From contig OZ374566.1 of assembly GCA_977862235.1 (NCBI GenBank), positions 930,001 to 994,000 of the forward strand: a stretch of 64,000 nt of DNA, in the 5' to 3' direction. The notes beneath the pieces are model-generated. The model was not told the origin of the DNA. It saw only the letters and a program-made list of their open reading frames with translations, and ran no database searches. This DNA comes from Dudresnaya verticillata. Its lineage: Eukaryota. Shown in pieces: positions 34,200 to 45,346 of the stretch. Every line of letters starts with the position of its first letter. Position 1 is the first letter of the stretch. A program made the translations under genes and the position numbers.

Positions 34200-35051
34200 G
34201 TTAGGTGATTCACACTCTGTTCTTCGCAACTGCGCAATGAGCTAGAACCCAACCTTGGAGCTGTGTTGAGACTGTGTGGGTCGTCATGCTTTTGCTCATC
34301 CGAAGGTCTTGTATCTTCTCTTTGCATGTACGGTACTGCAGGCGACAGATACGCTGTCAAATGGCCCGCTCTATGCATCTCCACACAGCTTCCGCGTCCA
34401 AGTTGTGCAGGGGCCACGAATAACGCAGAATCTCAGCGCAGTATAGTATGCCGGGGCACACCGCCCTCCAACAGCCCATACAGAACCAGGAAGCAACGAC
34501 GGGTACTCAAGGTCATGTTTACGGATCCATCCTGTCTTGTTAATCGAGCCAGCGACGTCAGGTCAATTGGTTTCCTGCTGGCGACTACCACCGGGCTCCT
34601 CCATGCCGGGCCAGACTTTTGAGATTCGCTGCTGTGACAGAGCGGACTCACAGGTGTGAAGCGACGGAAAGCAGTGGGCGCACATGTTCTGATAACCTTT
34701 TTGGGGCTTCCTGATATTCCTGCATAAGTTAATCTCTTTCTCTCTCTGATAACCACCTCTGTTTCCGACGATTTTCGGTGGGATCTCCACCATAATGTGA
34801 AGCTGTACTGTAGATATCCAATAATGGACTTTTGATAGTAATGTAGGTAGCGTAGAGAGCTGGAAACTTCTAGTTGATAACAGCTTGCTGCGGCCCCGAG
34901 TCGGTGGATAGCCTTGCCAGATTCGGGGTTGCAGCGTATCGTGCAGAAAAAGGGCGAAGTGGGTGGCAGCACTGGGGCCACATAACACGCAATACCAAGA
35001 GATGGTGCGGAATGCCAGTGATAGCGCCATGTTGATCAGCGGGTAGTGTAG

Positions 35052-35825
35052 TCATCCCTTCGTCTCCTGCATGTTTGCGAACTCTAGAGACTGGTTAAAC
35101 TCAAGAAGTGCACGTTCGTAGACGTACTGCTGCTTAAAGCCTGCGGCAGCTGCTGCACGAGACTTCTCCTGCTGGGTCCTCTTTTCAAACGCACCGGCAT
35201 CTTCTCCTGGCCTTTGGTCTGAAGTGATTTTGGACATATCCAAAGGAAGGGGGGCCGGATTGGGAAAGTTCGGCCGGAACCACATTGGCCGAAGGTCAGG
35301 CTTATCTCGTTCCTCAGCAGCACGCGCTGCCGCTGCCTCCTTTTTCCGCTTCTTTTTCTCCACTTTTGCCTTCTTGCGCCGCAACTTGGCAACAGCATCC
35401 TCACCTTTTGAAACGCGAAGTAGGTCCTCGGCCTCTTCCTCGCGTCGTAGCCTCTGTTTCTCTTTTTCGATCTCTTCGTCCTCCTTCCGCAATTTCGCGA
35501 GGCGTGTTATCCGTTCACGTTCTTGAGCAAAGACACGTTCCTTTTCCTTCCTAGATTCGTCCATCCGTTTGGTCTGGTTTTGGCCGATGCTGTCCTGATT
35601 TTCACGCCTGTACCGCTCCACTTTCGCTTTCGTGCTTGCAACATCGATGTTGTGCACAAGATTGAAGATGATATCTTCTACCATTTCGAGATAGTCATCG
35701 TACTCGTGGTCTGATTTGAAATCTCCTCGCCGTTTGTTGAACCAGCGGAGGTACCGTCGTCTGATAGCCGCCTCCTTTGTGAGGTAGGCCCGATCATCCT
35801 CAAAGTCATAGGCTTCCTCCGGCAT
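35052..35825 (-). CDS. MAT1: CDK-activating kinase assembly factor MAT1/Tfb3-like, without N-terminal RING
   Basis: FEDD...KEAAIRRR...FNKRRGDF...YDDYLEMVEDIIFNL; C-terminal AAGF...ERALLE; coiled-coil middle. Confidence 0.85.
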   Translation of the reverse strand: MPEEAYDFEDDRAYLTKEAAIRRRYLRWFNKRRGDFKSDHEYDDYLEMVEDIIFNLVHNIDVASTKAKVERYRRENQDSIGQNQTKRMDESRKEKERVFAQERERITRLAKLRKEDEEIEKEKQRLRREEEAEDLLRVSKGEDAVAKLRRKKAKVEKKKRKKEAAAARAAEERDKPDLRPMWFRPNFPNPAPLPLDMSKITSDQRPGEDAGAFEKRTQQEKSRAAAAAGFKQQYVYERALLEFNQSLEFANMQETKG

Positions 35826-37756
35826 TGCAAAATGTCCAACAAGGTACAGAGGTCTTAGGTTCAGCCAGAGGTGGGTAGAGTGAGACAGCGGTGTGGTCAA
35901 CGCGCAGTCTCGCTAGACGGAATTCCGTGGCGGGCGCGGCGCATACCAGCTCGCAGTCAAAAATAGTTCCTGGTTTTTGCAATTTTTGATTCGTGTCTAT
36001 TCTGCAGACCTTCGCGTTCTACGGTGGTAATACCTTCCGCGAAGGTACTGTACCCTTTACCATACCGCCACTGAACGCATCTTGTCATGCGTCCCTGTTT
36101 CCTTCCGATTCCTGGTCCGAGGACCAATTGAGCTTTTCGAACTCCGAAAAACTCGCACACACTATCCATCGCTCATGGCGCCCTTTTTCTTCTCGATGCT
36201 CAACCATCGTACTCTCATGCTTAGAAACGGAGGATGAACTGACTGAAGTATTTGGTTCGACTAACAAGCACTGATAGGAAGAACACCGCAACGGTGTGGC
36301 GCAGCTAGCCCCCCCGCTGCTATAGTCGTGGGACGCTGTTCTTTCCGCCAAGACCTCATCGTAAACACAGTGCAAACTGCCAGGCTTATCATTTTTTCAT
36401 TTTCTGCGGAAAGTAAGCACAAGGGCAACAATGTTTCTCGCTCTATCTTGCAATTGGCAATGTGGGTCCCGGAAAGACTAGGTTAAATCGATATCTGGTG
36501 AACGTGAAAGGGCATTCGAAAGTGTGGACAAAAATGTAGACCTCCTGTCTCAAGCCTTGACTGTACATAGACGAGTAGGCAGACAGTCGGGGTGAAGTGT
36601 CAGGACGTGGCCATGACTTTGTGTGGCTGGGCTTACGGATTCCACGCCCAGCTGAATCCATGAAATCGCCAGCCACATCTACAGTGCATGACTCTGTGAT
36701 GAATGGAGAGCAGATAGAATGTAGTTCAGGACCGAATTTTGCGCCGGGCGCCTTTGTGCATCCTTGCTAGTGCAGCTAGCTTCCGCTGCACCAGTACGTA
36801 TCCAGAGGCGTGGCTGCCCATGAAGGCAGTACTTGGCTGGCAGTCCCGCACCAATTTTGGTGAGCTTGGGAATGGTCAGTCTGAGTGTGGGGTGCAAATG
36901 CTGCAAGAAAGAATAAGCTTCAGCGCGGAACAAACTGCAACGCGAAGAGAAGGAGACGGCCCAGACACAAGGCTACAGTACGCGATCAGGGAGCGCGGGG
37001 TTTCCAGACAGCGAGCGAAAAAATGCTCGTTGCGAAAGTCAGGCAGCTTGTGGAGATACGGTACCACATGGGGTGCTGTTGCAATTATCGCCACAGAGGC
37101 GCACTTCGGTACACATGGAAGCGAGCGCTTCGTCGGTGGCATGTCTGACGGTGTCGGCAGCGGAGGGTAGGGAGGGCTTCTTGGGCGGCGCGTGAGTGCC
37201 GTTGAAGCTGCGCGGATTTGGATCGGGGTAAAGGCACGGACGGAGGAATAGCACTCACGCGGTGAGGTGCGGGGCACGACTCGCAAGGGTCCGCTCTGCC
37301 CCGGTCGTGCCGGCTGCCCCGGTCGGGATGGCTGCCGGTTTGACGGACCGAGCGAGGCTGCAGATTTTGCGCAGATTCTGAATGGAGCCGCGTCAGTCGC
37401 TGACGCGACTCGCAGACCGATCCGTTTCGGGCCTTACTTGGACGGCGCGCCAATCAAACCGGCGGGCGCCGCCCCTCACAAAAAAAGCGGCAAAAAGCCA
37501 TTTCGCGATTCCGCGCGTACCGAGCTCGGCACCCCACGCCCCGACGGCCCCACCGGGCACGTTTGCCGCGCCCAGCAGGTCGCGAGCGTGCGACATCTCT
37601 CCAGATCGCCTGCAAGCGGCATCGCTCGCCCAATCCCTTGGCGCCCGCCACACCCGCGTCGACAGCGAGCTTACCGCGCACCCGTCGCCCCCGCAACGCC
37701 CGTCGCGCCGCTCCGTCCCGCAACCCTTTGCGCGCCCCGGCCGGTCGGCTCGCGCA

Positions 37757-39601
37757 ATGGCCGCGCCCCCCGTGCAAATCCTCTCCGAGGACGCTGAGCT
37801 CTCGCCGCCGGCCACCTGGCTCCCCGATCTGACGCACACCGCTGCCGCGCCGCTCGTCGTTGCCCTCACAGGCCCGCAGGCTTCCGGGAAGAGCACTCTC
37901 GCCAACGCTCTCTTCGAAACCCACTTCCCCGTTGCTGCGCGCGGCTCGGTCGGAGCTGCCACTACCCGCGGCATCCAGCTCGCTAGTGTCCCTGCGGGCG
38001 ACTCAGCAGTCCTCGTCCTCGACGTTGAAGGCGCTGACGCTCGCGCCAGGGGGCGGGATGCAAAGGCCTTTGCGGCGCGTTGTGCGAGTTTTGTCACTGC
38101 ATTGGCTGATGTCGTTGTTGTTAACTTTTGGTACCACGACGCGTGCAGGGTTGATTCCGCAGCCTACGCGCTTGTTGGCACCGTGTTGAAGACCTGCGCT
38201 CAAGGGCTGGTCGATGGTGCTGCGTCAAGGACTGCCTTGCTTGTGACGGTTAGGGACGTCGATGATGATTCACCGGAGGGTCTGCAGCAGCTTAAGGACA
38301 TGATTGCTCGTGATGTTCGTTTACCATTTTCAATTGCACTCGCGTTTCGAGCGTTATGAGCTACTCTCTGTTTCCATTCTGACATTTCTTGCTTTATGTT
38401 TGTTTGCACGTCATGTCTTGTTACGTTTTCGGAACGTGTCCGCTTCCGTTGCAAATTCCATGCATGTCACATGCCGTAGGTCGATGACATATGGGCAGAC
38501 GTCGCGCTCGAGGTTGGTCTTCCGGTGGGTGCAGGCGGCACCACACTAGACGAAGTCATTGATCTTGATGTTTTCACTTTCCCGCATATTCGCCATCAAG
38601 CGGAAGAGTTCGATCGCCGCGTCGCAACATTGCAGGATGCACTGTTCGATGGTGAGATTGTCACCGAGCTGCATTCCAAGCAAATACCTGCTGATGGTTT
38701 TGCGGCCTACGCCCACACTTTGTGGCAGTCAATAGCTGTCTCCAATCCGGAGAATGGTGGGAATGGAGATTTCCTTGGGGATCGAACTGCGGACGATTAT
38801 TATGCGGGCGAAGATTTTGCAATTGTTGCCGCATATCGATGTGATGAGGTCTTCTCCGACAAGCTTAGTGAGGCCTCTGGCCATATCGGCGACCTCCTCG
38901 ATGTTGTGGAAGGGGGAACTATCGTTGCGGATCTTGGTAAGAAGTGCGATGAAATTGTCACTCGAACGCTGCAAGAATACGATGTTGAAACGACCGATTT
39001 TGCGGATGAGCCGGTCTACGAGCGGAAGAGGAAGGAGCTGGAGGCCATTCTGGACACGGGTCTTATGAGCGTGTATATGAAGAATATTGCCATCATCGCT
39101 CGTGAGGCCTTGACAGCCTTCAAGTCTGCAATATCAGAAGAGATCCCAGCCGACTTTGCGTTGTACAATGCTGACTCGCTATTTGTGAAGAAGGCTAAGG
39201 AGGGGATTCGGCAGGGCAGTAGCTGGACGTTCGAGACGGAGCGAGTGGACCTGCAGAACATGATGACAGAGATTGCTTCGCAGCAGAGAAAACTGCTGGA
39301 CACGCAGGTATCTGCGTCGCAGCAGCAGTCGAAGGCCATTCAGTTCCTTCGGATGCAACACGCACAGATGCAAGCAGTTCAGCAGCAAGCCCTGGGAGGA
39401 GGAGTTGGACAGTGGAACCTTGGAGCTGCCTATAGACCACCTGACTCGAATGTCAACATTTCACTAGGTTATCAGCAGGGTCGGACTAATTTGCAGGTCT
39501 CGATGGTTCCCGATGAATCTGCTACACTTTTGGGACCGGCTGGTTTTACGGCTGGAGTGGGTCCAGGAAACTTGGGGATGAGTTTCAACGTAAACTTCTA
39601 G
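37757..39601 (+). CDS. RHD3/Sey1 (atlastin-like) GTPase with atypical C-terminus; exons 37757-38314 and 38480-39601 (559 aa)
   Basis: G1 GPQASGKST, G2 TTRGI, G3 LDVEG, G4 VRD; FPH..., IPADGF...W..I, VAAYRCDE; phase-0 intron gttcgt...cgtag restores the frame. Confidence 0.85.
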
Positions 39602-39877
39602 GCAAGATGTTCGGGTAGTTGTTTACTTGACGTTGGCAATCGGGTAGCATAATAGCTTAATCGATTCTCGTCGTAGTCGCCTCCGCCTCCACCGCATGCT
39701 CATGTAAAGTCTGTTGACGCCAATGTATTGTAGGGTATGGCAGTGCATCAAATCGGCAAAGTGCACCACTTCTGGTTACTCCCGCGGCAGCGAAAAGAGA
39801 AAACAGCGAGGGGAAAGCTATCTGCAAATAATTACTAAGCGCACAGGTTGATCCTTGTCCTGTCTACTCAATCTTGT

Positions 39878-42800
39878 CTAGTCGATCTGTGCATCAGATT
39901 CTCGCACAGGCCCGGGGGGAGGTGGGTTGAACTCATCGTAGCCATCCTCTGCCCCTCCATCATACCGTTCCTCGTTTTCCACAGCTTCAGCACCTTCCCC
40001 CAGATCCTCAACTGGAACAATGTTAGCTGCTGACTTTCCCTTTCGAATACGGCTCCGTCCACCTCGTGAGAATGTGATAAGCGACGGTCGACTTGACGGG
40101 TTCTCTTCCGGAGCACCTTGGTTAAGCGGTGCTTGACCATCCTCTTCCGGCTCTTCGACCACTGGCTTCCGCCTAGCACTGAAGGACCGCGACTTCCTGC
40201 CCAGAAGACCAACCTTACCCGAGCTTCGATTCGAGCGATTTGATGTCGACCCAGAACGTCGCAGGTCTCTACTCAGTCTCTTCACTAAACCTAGTTGTGT
40301 CTGACTGTCTACAGATGAACGTGCGTCTTGAACATCCTGCACTTGGAGCAAAGCATATGCGCCAGATTCCGTTAACGTTTGATCCTGTGGATGCGCCTCC
40401 ATGGCCCTCACGATGAGAGTGCGTCCTCCAAGACGAACAATTCGTTCCTGATTGTCTGCGTTGTCTACAGAAGCAGCACGCAAGAACTCGCATGCGCTTG
40501 CCAAAAACCGACTGTTCGATGAAAACATGCTCATTGCACTTACCACCTTTCGGATTCCCTGTGTCACACTTGGGGATGACTGCAATTCCTCATCACCCTT
40601 ACAAAGATCAGCCAGCGTCAAACAGCACCACAAGGTAACATTCACATTCTCTGGATGCAATTCCATAACCCCGAGGATGCTGCGAACACCATTGTGATTC
40701 TTCACTTCATCACAGTTGCCAAAGTGTTCATTACAAGAGTATCGCAAAGCAGCACAGCAATGTTCCAGCACATAAGTATCGCTCTTCCACTTCTGCATGA
40801 CGTCAAGAATAGCTTCTACTCCGCCAACAGCATGGAAGCGGTTCTTGTTGTCCTCCGAGTCCAGGACAAGAGTACAAATTGTAGCCAAAACTGGCTGCAA
40901 AGCCCCCAAATCGCGATATTCCGCCGTCCTCTCCACAAGCTTCTTGAGCTCCTCCACAATACCATCTTTTCCAACCTCATTCTTGAAGGCAACGGACCGC
41001 ATGCAGAGCCGATTGATTGTTGCACAAATACTGATGATTACATTAGCAGTTTCCGGCAAGCCCTTCTTATGGTACGATAGCGCGGTGTGGAAGATTTCAG
41101 ACAGTGCGGACTCGTTCGAGCGATCCGTGAGCAGCTTTGATTTGAAGCGGTAGGATTCTTCAGATGCTTCGTTTGACAGTGCCCTCATCGCTCTTACGAT
41201 CTGGACAACTGCCGTTTGCTTGTGCAAGAATCGCTGCAGGCCAACTACTAGAATACTCGAGATTCCAGACTTCAGCAGCATTGCGATAATACGCGGGTCT
41301 GCTTCACAAAACGAAGCGATGGCTGCACTTCCATTTTCCTGGACCATCACGCTGTCCGGGTGCCGTTTCATAGCGCGGACAACAAGTTCAGGGGCCTTCA
41401 GCTTCGCAAAGCTCTGGGCCAAAGCAGCATTCCTTGGTACAACCATTGCTGCCATTGCACTAGCTGATCCGGCTACAACTTTGGAATTCTTTGCTGAGTA
41501 TGTTCCAAGAGAACGCATTACTTGATCCGGGGCACCAACCTTAACGGCCTCTTTCTGAGTCTTACTGTTGTTCGCACAAGCACTTGTGAGAGCCAGAAGT
41601 GCTCTCTCCACTACGCCTGGTAGGCTCTGATGGGTCCCAAGAAGAGAGGTTAGGGACAAAATGCCATTGTTCGAGGCGAAAATTTCCTGGTTCTTCGGGT
41701 TGGACCGGCACAACTTTTCAATTACCCCGCAAGAGCGCTCAAGCAGCAAAGAGTCACTCCCTCCCTGTTGAACTATGTCTGCTGCAAACGGGATGCCGCC
41801 TGCCAACACAATTTCTTCTTTCATGCTGCTGAAGCTGCCTAGAGCCTCCATGAAGTCCAGGCATTTCCGAATGAACAAGGGTTGCTCGGAGTGCGTTTGC
41901 ATCGTCACCAGCACTTCCGGAAGGGGCTTCGCATCCTGTAACCCCTTTTCTGCTATAGAACCTGCATGTCTCGTTATGGCTGACATAGCAGAAACAACTA
42001 TGGTACAAACTGATACATCGTTCCGTCGCAGCACCATAACTCTCACCATGTGATGATACGCGTACGACTGAACGCACTGCTCACTTGCTATGCTACACCC
42101 GTCCGCAATGTGGCGCAATGCCAAGCAGCAGTTCTTTGTCACCGTGGTCAGCATCTCTGAAGTAACATCTTCAGCATGGCCCCACAACTGCAATACACTG
42201 AGAAGCTCTGAAACCGCGCCTGCACTTGCAAACGCCTCCTTGAAAGCAAAGTTTTCCTTTCCAGTACAGAAGCTGCACATCGCACGACAAGCAATGTCAT
42301 GGATTGTGCACGCCGCCTGACTGCTGCGATGGCGCAAACAGGAGATAATCAGGGTTATTGCTCCGTGATCATAAGCGATGGAACGACAAGACGAAGAGAC
42401 CCCTGCTACCTCTCCCAGACCTGCGCAACCTGCCAACTGAACTCTTCGGACCCCTGCATGGTGGCGAAGAGCCTGTACAATCGCTTGAATTGCTCCAGAA
42501 GATCGCTCATCAATACCGAGCGATCCCTTCGGTACAACAGCATCCACATCCCCCATTGCATTGCGATAGCAATCACCGTAGGACATGAGGACTAGGTTCT
42601 CTCTCTGTGAACTGGGAGATGAACGGACAATCCGAACAAAGGAATGCAGCCCCTGCTCTTGAAGAAATTCATCCTCGTGGTGTGAAAGCATGGCCACGAT
42701 AATCTTCGAAAAACCATTGCCCTGCTCCACAATATTGTAGGCCTCCGTGTCCGATGCTGGAAAGCGCTGAATTGTGTTGAGAAGGTTGAACAACGGCACT

Positions 42801-45346
42801 TGCGAATCTGAACGGAGCGGGTTCTTCGGGTAGATTGTGAGAAGATTGCGCAAATCCTCGTGAGTTGGAGAGTCACCTCCAAACCCTCCATCCTTACCTT
42901 GGCTGTATGCACGAGCACCTGCCTTACCATCCCTCGAAAATCTGGACATGCGCGTAATCTTACATGCGACCGGGGCGTCAGAGTTGTAGGATGGCCGAGA
43001 TGCGGACCCATCGTGGGTCATCTTGACCATGTCGGCATTCTCAAAGTCTTCCAGATCCCCTGATGTGTGGTCACCACCAGTTGAACCACCACCTGGCGGT
43101 AATGCGTACGAAGCGCCCCTTCTTGGCCCCGGCTGCCCATCTGCATCGAGGCCATCTGTAGCTCCAGAGTTTTCGAAAAACATAGCGCGAGACTTGACAC
43201 CCGGTGACAAGGGATGTGGAGAAGTACCCTCAATACCTGGCTGCACCTGAGGCAAATCGTCTTCACGAGCAGCAGCCACAGCTTCCCGTGCCTGCTCCTC
43301 AGTAGGCACGTCACCCTCAACGACTTGGCTGACTCCAAAGTCGCGGACCGGTACTGCTATGAGAGCGGGCTCGGCACCAGCCTCTGCTCCTACTCCCACT
43401 TCGTCAATGTCTTCGTTGTCGTCACTGCGAAGCGACTGGGCCCCAAAACCGATTGCCGCAGTGGCAGCAACTGCAGTAGCTGGCTTGAGCAAGTCAGAAG
43501 CGTCTTCTTCCTCGTTGTCCAGACTTTGTTCTGGTGTGAGAAATTGCTCCTCGACAATGTCCTTTGGAATATCCGCTGCAGCTCCTCCTGTCAAACCAGT
43601 CGGGCTTCCAGCCTGCTCGGTTGAACGCTGTACGTACACCCCTGCGGCGACAGCAGAGCTGCCGCCAATACGAGCCTCCTCAGCAGCCTTCGCTGCTGTC
43701 TGCCGCACAGCGTCGAGTTCGTCGTGAGGTAGGTCAAAGTCCGTGGTAAGAGTAGCTGAACCAGCTGCAGCAGCGACTGGCTGCGCAGAGTCAGACGGGA
43801 CAACCTCAAGGTCTTTGACGACCGCACCTGATGCCAAGACCTGTTCGTTGCTGCTTGCAGCACGACCGTCTAGCGCGCGTGACTCAAGCTCGGAGTCTTG
43901 CACGGGGAAGTCAGGCTCCGGGTCCTGCTTCGGCTTGGGCTCCGACTCTGCCACCGGCTCTGGCTCCGGCTGCGGCTCCACTACAGCCGATGACGGACGG
44001 TTGCGCGAGAAGGCAGCAGCAGCAGTGGCACCCACAGCGCCTGCAGCGGCACCGACTGCAGCGGCCGTTGCCGCAAGCGGGTTGCGACGCTTCTCCGGTT
44101 GCGGGTGCGGTTCAACAGACTCGTCGGTTGTCGCGGATGTTGTCGCCGAAGCGGATGGAAGCGTGGAGGGGCCGGCCACAGGCGGTTTCGAGGGGTCGAT
44201 TTCGATTGGCCGGTCGTGAATTTCGTTCCGCGTTTCAGAAACAAGCGCAGCTGCGGCTGTGCCTGCTGCGGCCGTTGCAGTTGCTGTTGTTGTGACGGCG
44301 GGAGTTTGTTGGTCGTTACTATGCGGCAGTGCTGCAGCGGACGGAGGAGGTGAAGGGCTCCGACGGGACGGGTCGTCTCTGACGGCGCGAAGACGGTTTT
44401 CGAGGTCCTCCTCCACCAAGATGGTGTTATTGGACTTGGTAAAAGGCTGGCGACGGTCGGTGGCACGGGTGTCGCGGCGCGAGTCGTGGTCGGGGTGGAC
44501 GGCAAGAGCAGGGTCCGAGGAGTCGGCCGGGTGGTCGAGGTCGTGGGCAACGGCCTCGCGAGGGGTTGTGGGGCGGGGCTCGCGGGACGACTTGTGCTTG
44601 GAGTGGCGAGAGAAGCGGCCGCGGCCAAACAAGACCTGCTCGCGGGTGGAGATGTGGGCCATGAGCTTTTCCTGCTTTTTGGCGCGGGCATCCCAATATT
44701 CGGCTTCGTCAACATTTTTCGGCGCGCCCTTCCCGTGGCGATAGATCCACGCCAGATTCTTCATTGCTGTGACATCATTATGCACGTCGGCGACCTGCCG
44801 TACGATCTCGATGCCCTTCTCCGCGTCTTGCTTGACGCCGAAGCCGCGGATGTAGCACAGCCCGAGCGCGCTCTTGCCCGCGTTGTCGCCCATCTGCGCG
44901 GCGCGCTTCCAGCACCGCGCGGCGTCGATCGCGTTGACCTCAAAGTACCGGCCGCGCGCCAGCAGCTGGCCAAGCTCGGCCCACGCACGCGGGTCGCCGC
45001 GCTCGGCCGCGGCGCGGAACCACACAAACGCGGCGCGCTCGTCCGTGGCGACGAGATGCGAGGCGTAGCTGACCATAGCGGAGAGGTGGCCATTCATGGA
45101 AGCCTTGAGGTACAGGTTGGCGGCGTCTGGGAGGCGGCCGCGGCGTTCGTACTCCTTCGCGAGGCAGAAGAGGTCATGCGGAGTCTCCGTAGGGGTGTCC
45201 ATGGAGACGGGGTGGGCGTGCTGCGTGACCTGGTTGGTAGGGGAGGGGCGGAGGTGCTCCACCGCGGGTGCGGGGAGGAGCGGGTCGTAGGGCGGGGGCG
45301 ACGCCGCTCCGGCGTGCTCGACGTGCGGTTCTGCAGCGGCGTCCAT
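39878..45346 (-). CDS. Large protein (~1822 aa): Sel1-like repeats, Ala/Pro/Glu-rich linker, armadillo-type repeats
   Basis: Sel1 pattern AFVWFRAAAERGD, ALGLCYIRGFGVKQD, NLAWIYRHGKGAPKN; repeated GAI..IV.AM..H...VQ..GC.AL units; ATG at 45346. Confidence 0.85.
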   Translation of the reverse strand: MDAAAEPHVEHAGAASPPPYDPLLPAPAVEHLRPSPTNQVTQHAHPVSMDTPTETPHDLFCLAKEYERRGRLPDAANLYLKASMNGHLSAMVSYASHLVATDERAAFVWFRAAAERGDPRAWAELGQLLARGRYFEVNAIDAARCWKRAAQMGDNAGKSALGLCYIRGFGVKQDAEKGIEIVRQVADVHNDVTAMKNLAWIYRHGKGAPKNVDEAEYWDARAKKQEKLMAHISTREQVLFGRGRFSRHSKHKSSREPRPTTPREAVAHDLDHPADSSDPALAVHPDHDSRRDTRATDRRQPFTKSNNTILVEEDLENRLRAVRDDPSRRSPSPPPSAAALPHSNDQQTPAVTTTATATAAAGTAAAALVSETRNEIHDRPIEIDPSKPPVAGPSTLPSASATTSATTDESVEPHPQPEKRRNPLAATAAAVGAAAGAVGATAAAAFSRNRPSSAVVEPQPEPEPVAESEPKPKQDPEPDFPVQDSELESRALDGRAASSNEQVLASGAVVKDLEVVPSDSAQPVAAAAGSATLTTDFDLPHDELDAVRQTAAKAAEEARIGGSSAVAAGVYVQRSTEQAGSPTGLTGGAAADIPKDIVEEQFLTPEQSLDNEEEDASDLLKPATAVAATAAIGFGAQSLRSDDNEDIDEVGVGAEAGAEPALIAVPVRDFGVSQVVEGDVPTEEQAREAVAAAREDDLPQVQPGIEGTSPHPLSPGVKSRAMFFENSGATDGLDADGQPGPRRGASYALPPGGGSTGGDHTSGDLEDFENADMVKMTHDGSASRPSYNSDAPVACKITRMSRFSRDGKAGARAYSQGKDGGFGGDSPTHEDLRNLLTIYPKNPLRSDSQVPLFNLLNTIQRFPASDTEAYNIVEQGNGFSKIIVAMLSHHEDEFLQEQGLHSFVRIVRSSPSSQRENLVLMSYGDCYRNAMGDVDAVVPKGSLGIDERSSGAIQAIVQALRHHAGVRRVQLAGCAGLGEVAGVSSSCRSIAYDHGAITLIISCLRHRSSQAACTIHDIACRAMCSFCTGKENFAFKEAFASAGAVSELLSVLQLWGHAEDVTSEMLTTVTKNCCLALRHIADGCSIASEQCVQSYAYHHMVRVMVLRRNDVSVCTIVVSAMSAITRHAGSIAEKGLQDAKPLPEVLVTMQTHSEQPLFIRKCLDFMEALGSFSSMKEEIVLAGGIPFAADIVQQGGSDSLLLERSCGVIEKLCRSNPKNQEIFASNNGILSLTSLLGTHQSLPGVVERALLALTSACANNSKTQKEAVKVGAPDQVMRSLGTYSAKNSKVVAGSASAMAAMVVPRNAALAQSFAKLKAPELVVRAMKRHPDSVMVQENGSAAIASFCEADPRIIAMLLKSGISSILVVGLQRFLHKQTAVVQIVRAMRALSNEASEESYRFKSKLLTDRSNESALSEIFHTALSYHKKGLPETANVIISICATINRLCMRSVAFKNEVGKDGIVEELKKLVERTAEYRDLGALQPVLATICTLVLDSEDNKNRFHAVGGVEAILDVMQKWKSDTYVLEHCCAALRYSCNEHFGNCDEVKNHNGVRSILGVMELHPENVNVTLWCCLTLADLCKGDEELQSSPSVTQGIRKVVSAMSMFSSNSRFLASACEFLRAASVDNADNQERIVRLGGRTLIVRAMEAHPQDQTLTESGAYALLQVQDVQDARSSVDSQTQLGLVKRLSRDLRRSGSTSNRSNRSSGKVGLLGRKSRSFSARRKPVVEEPEEDGQAPLNQGAPEENPSSRPSLITFSRGGRSRIRKGKSAANIVPVEDLGEGAEAVENEERYDGGAEDGYDEFNPPPPGPVRESDAQID

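Noticed and set aside
34263..35050. 150-180-aa ORFs between the lactonase and MAT1
   Set aside because: Several overlapping frames, none recognisable, and no consistent splice model found
36000..37290. Possible minus-strand gene starting MPPTKRSLP near 37142
   Set aside because: Stops after about 88 codons, with no recognisable domain or convincing intron
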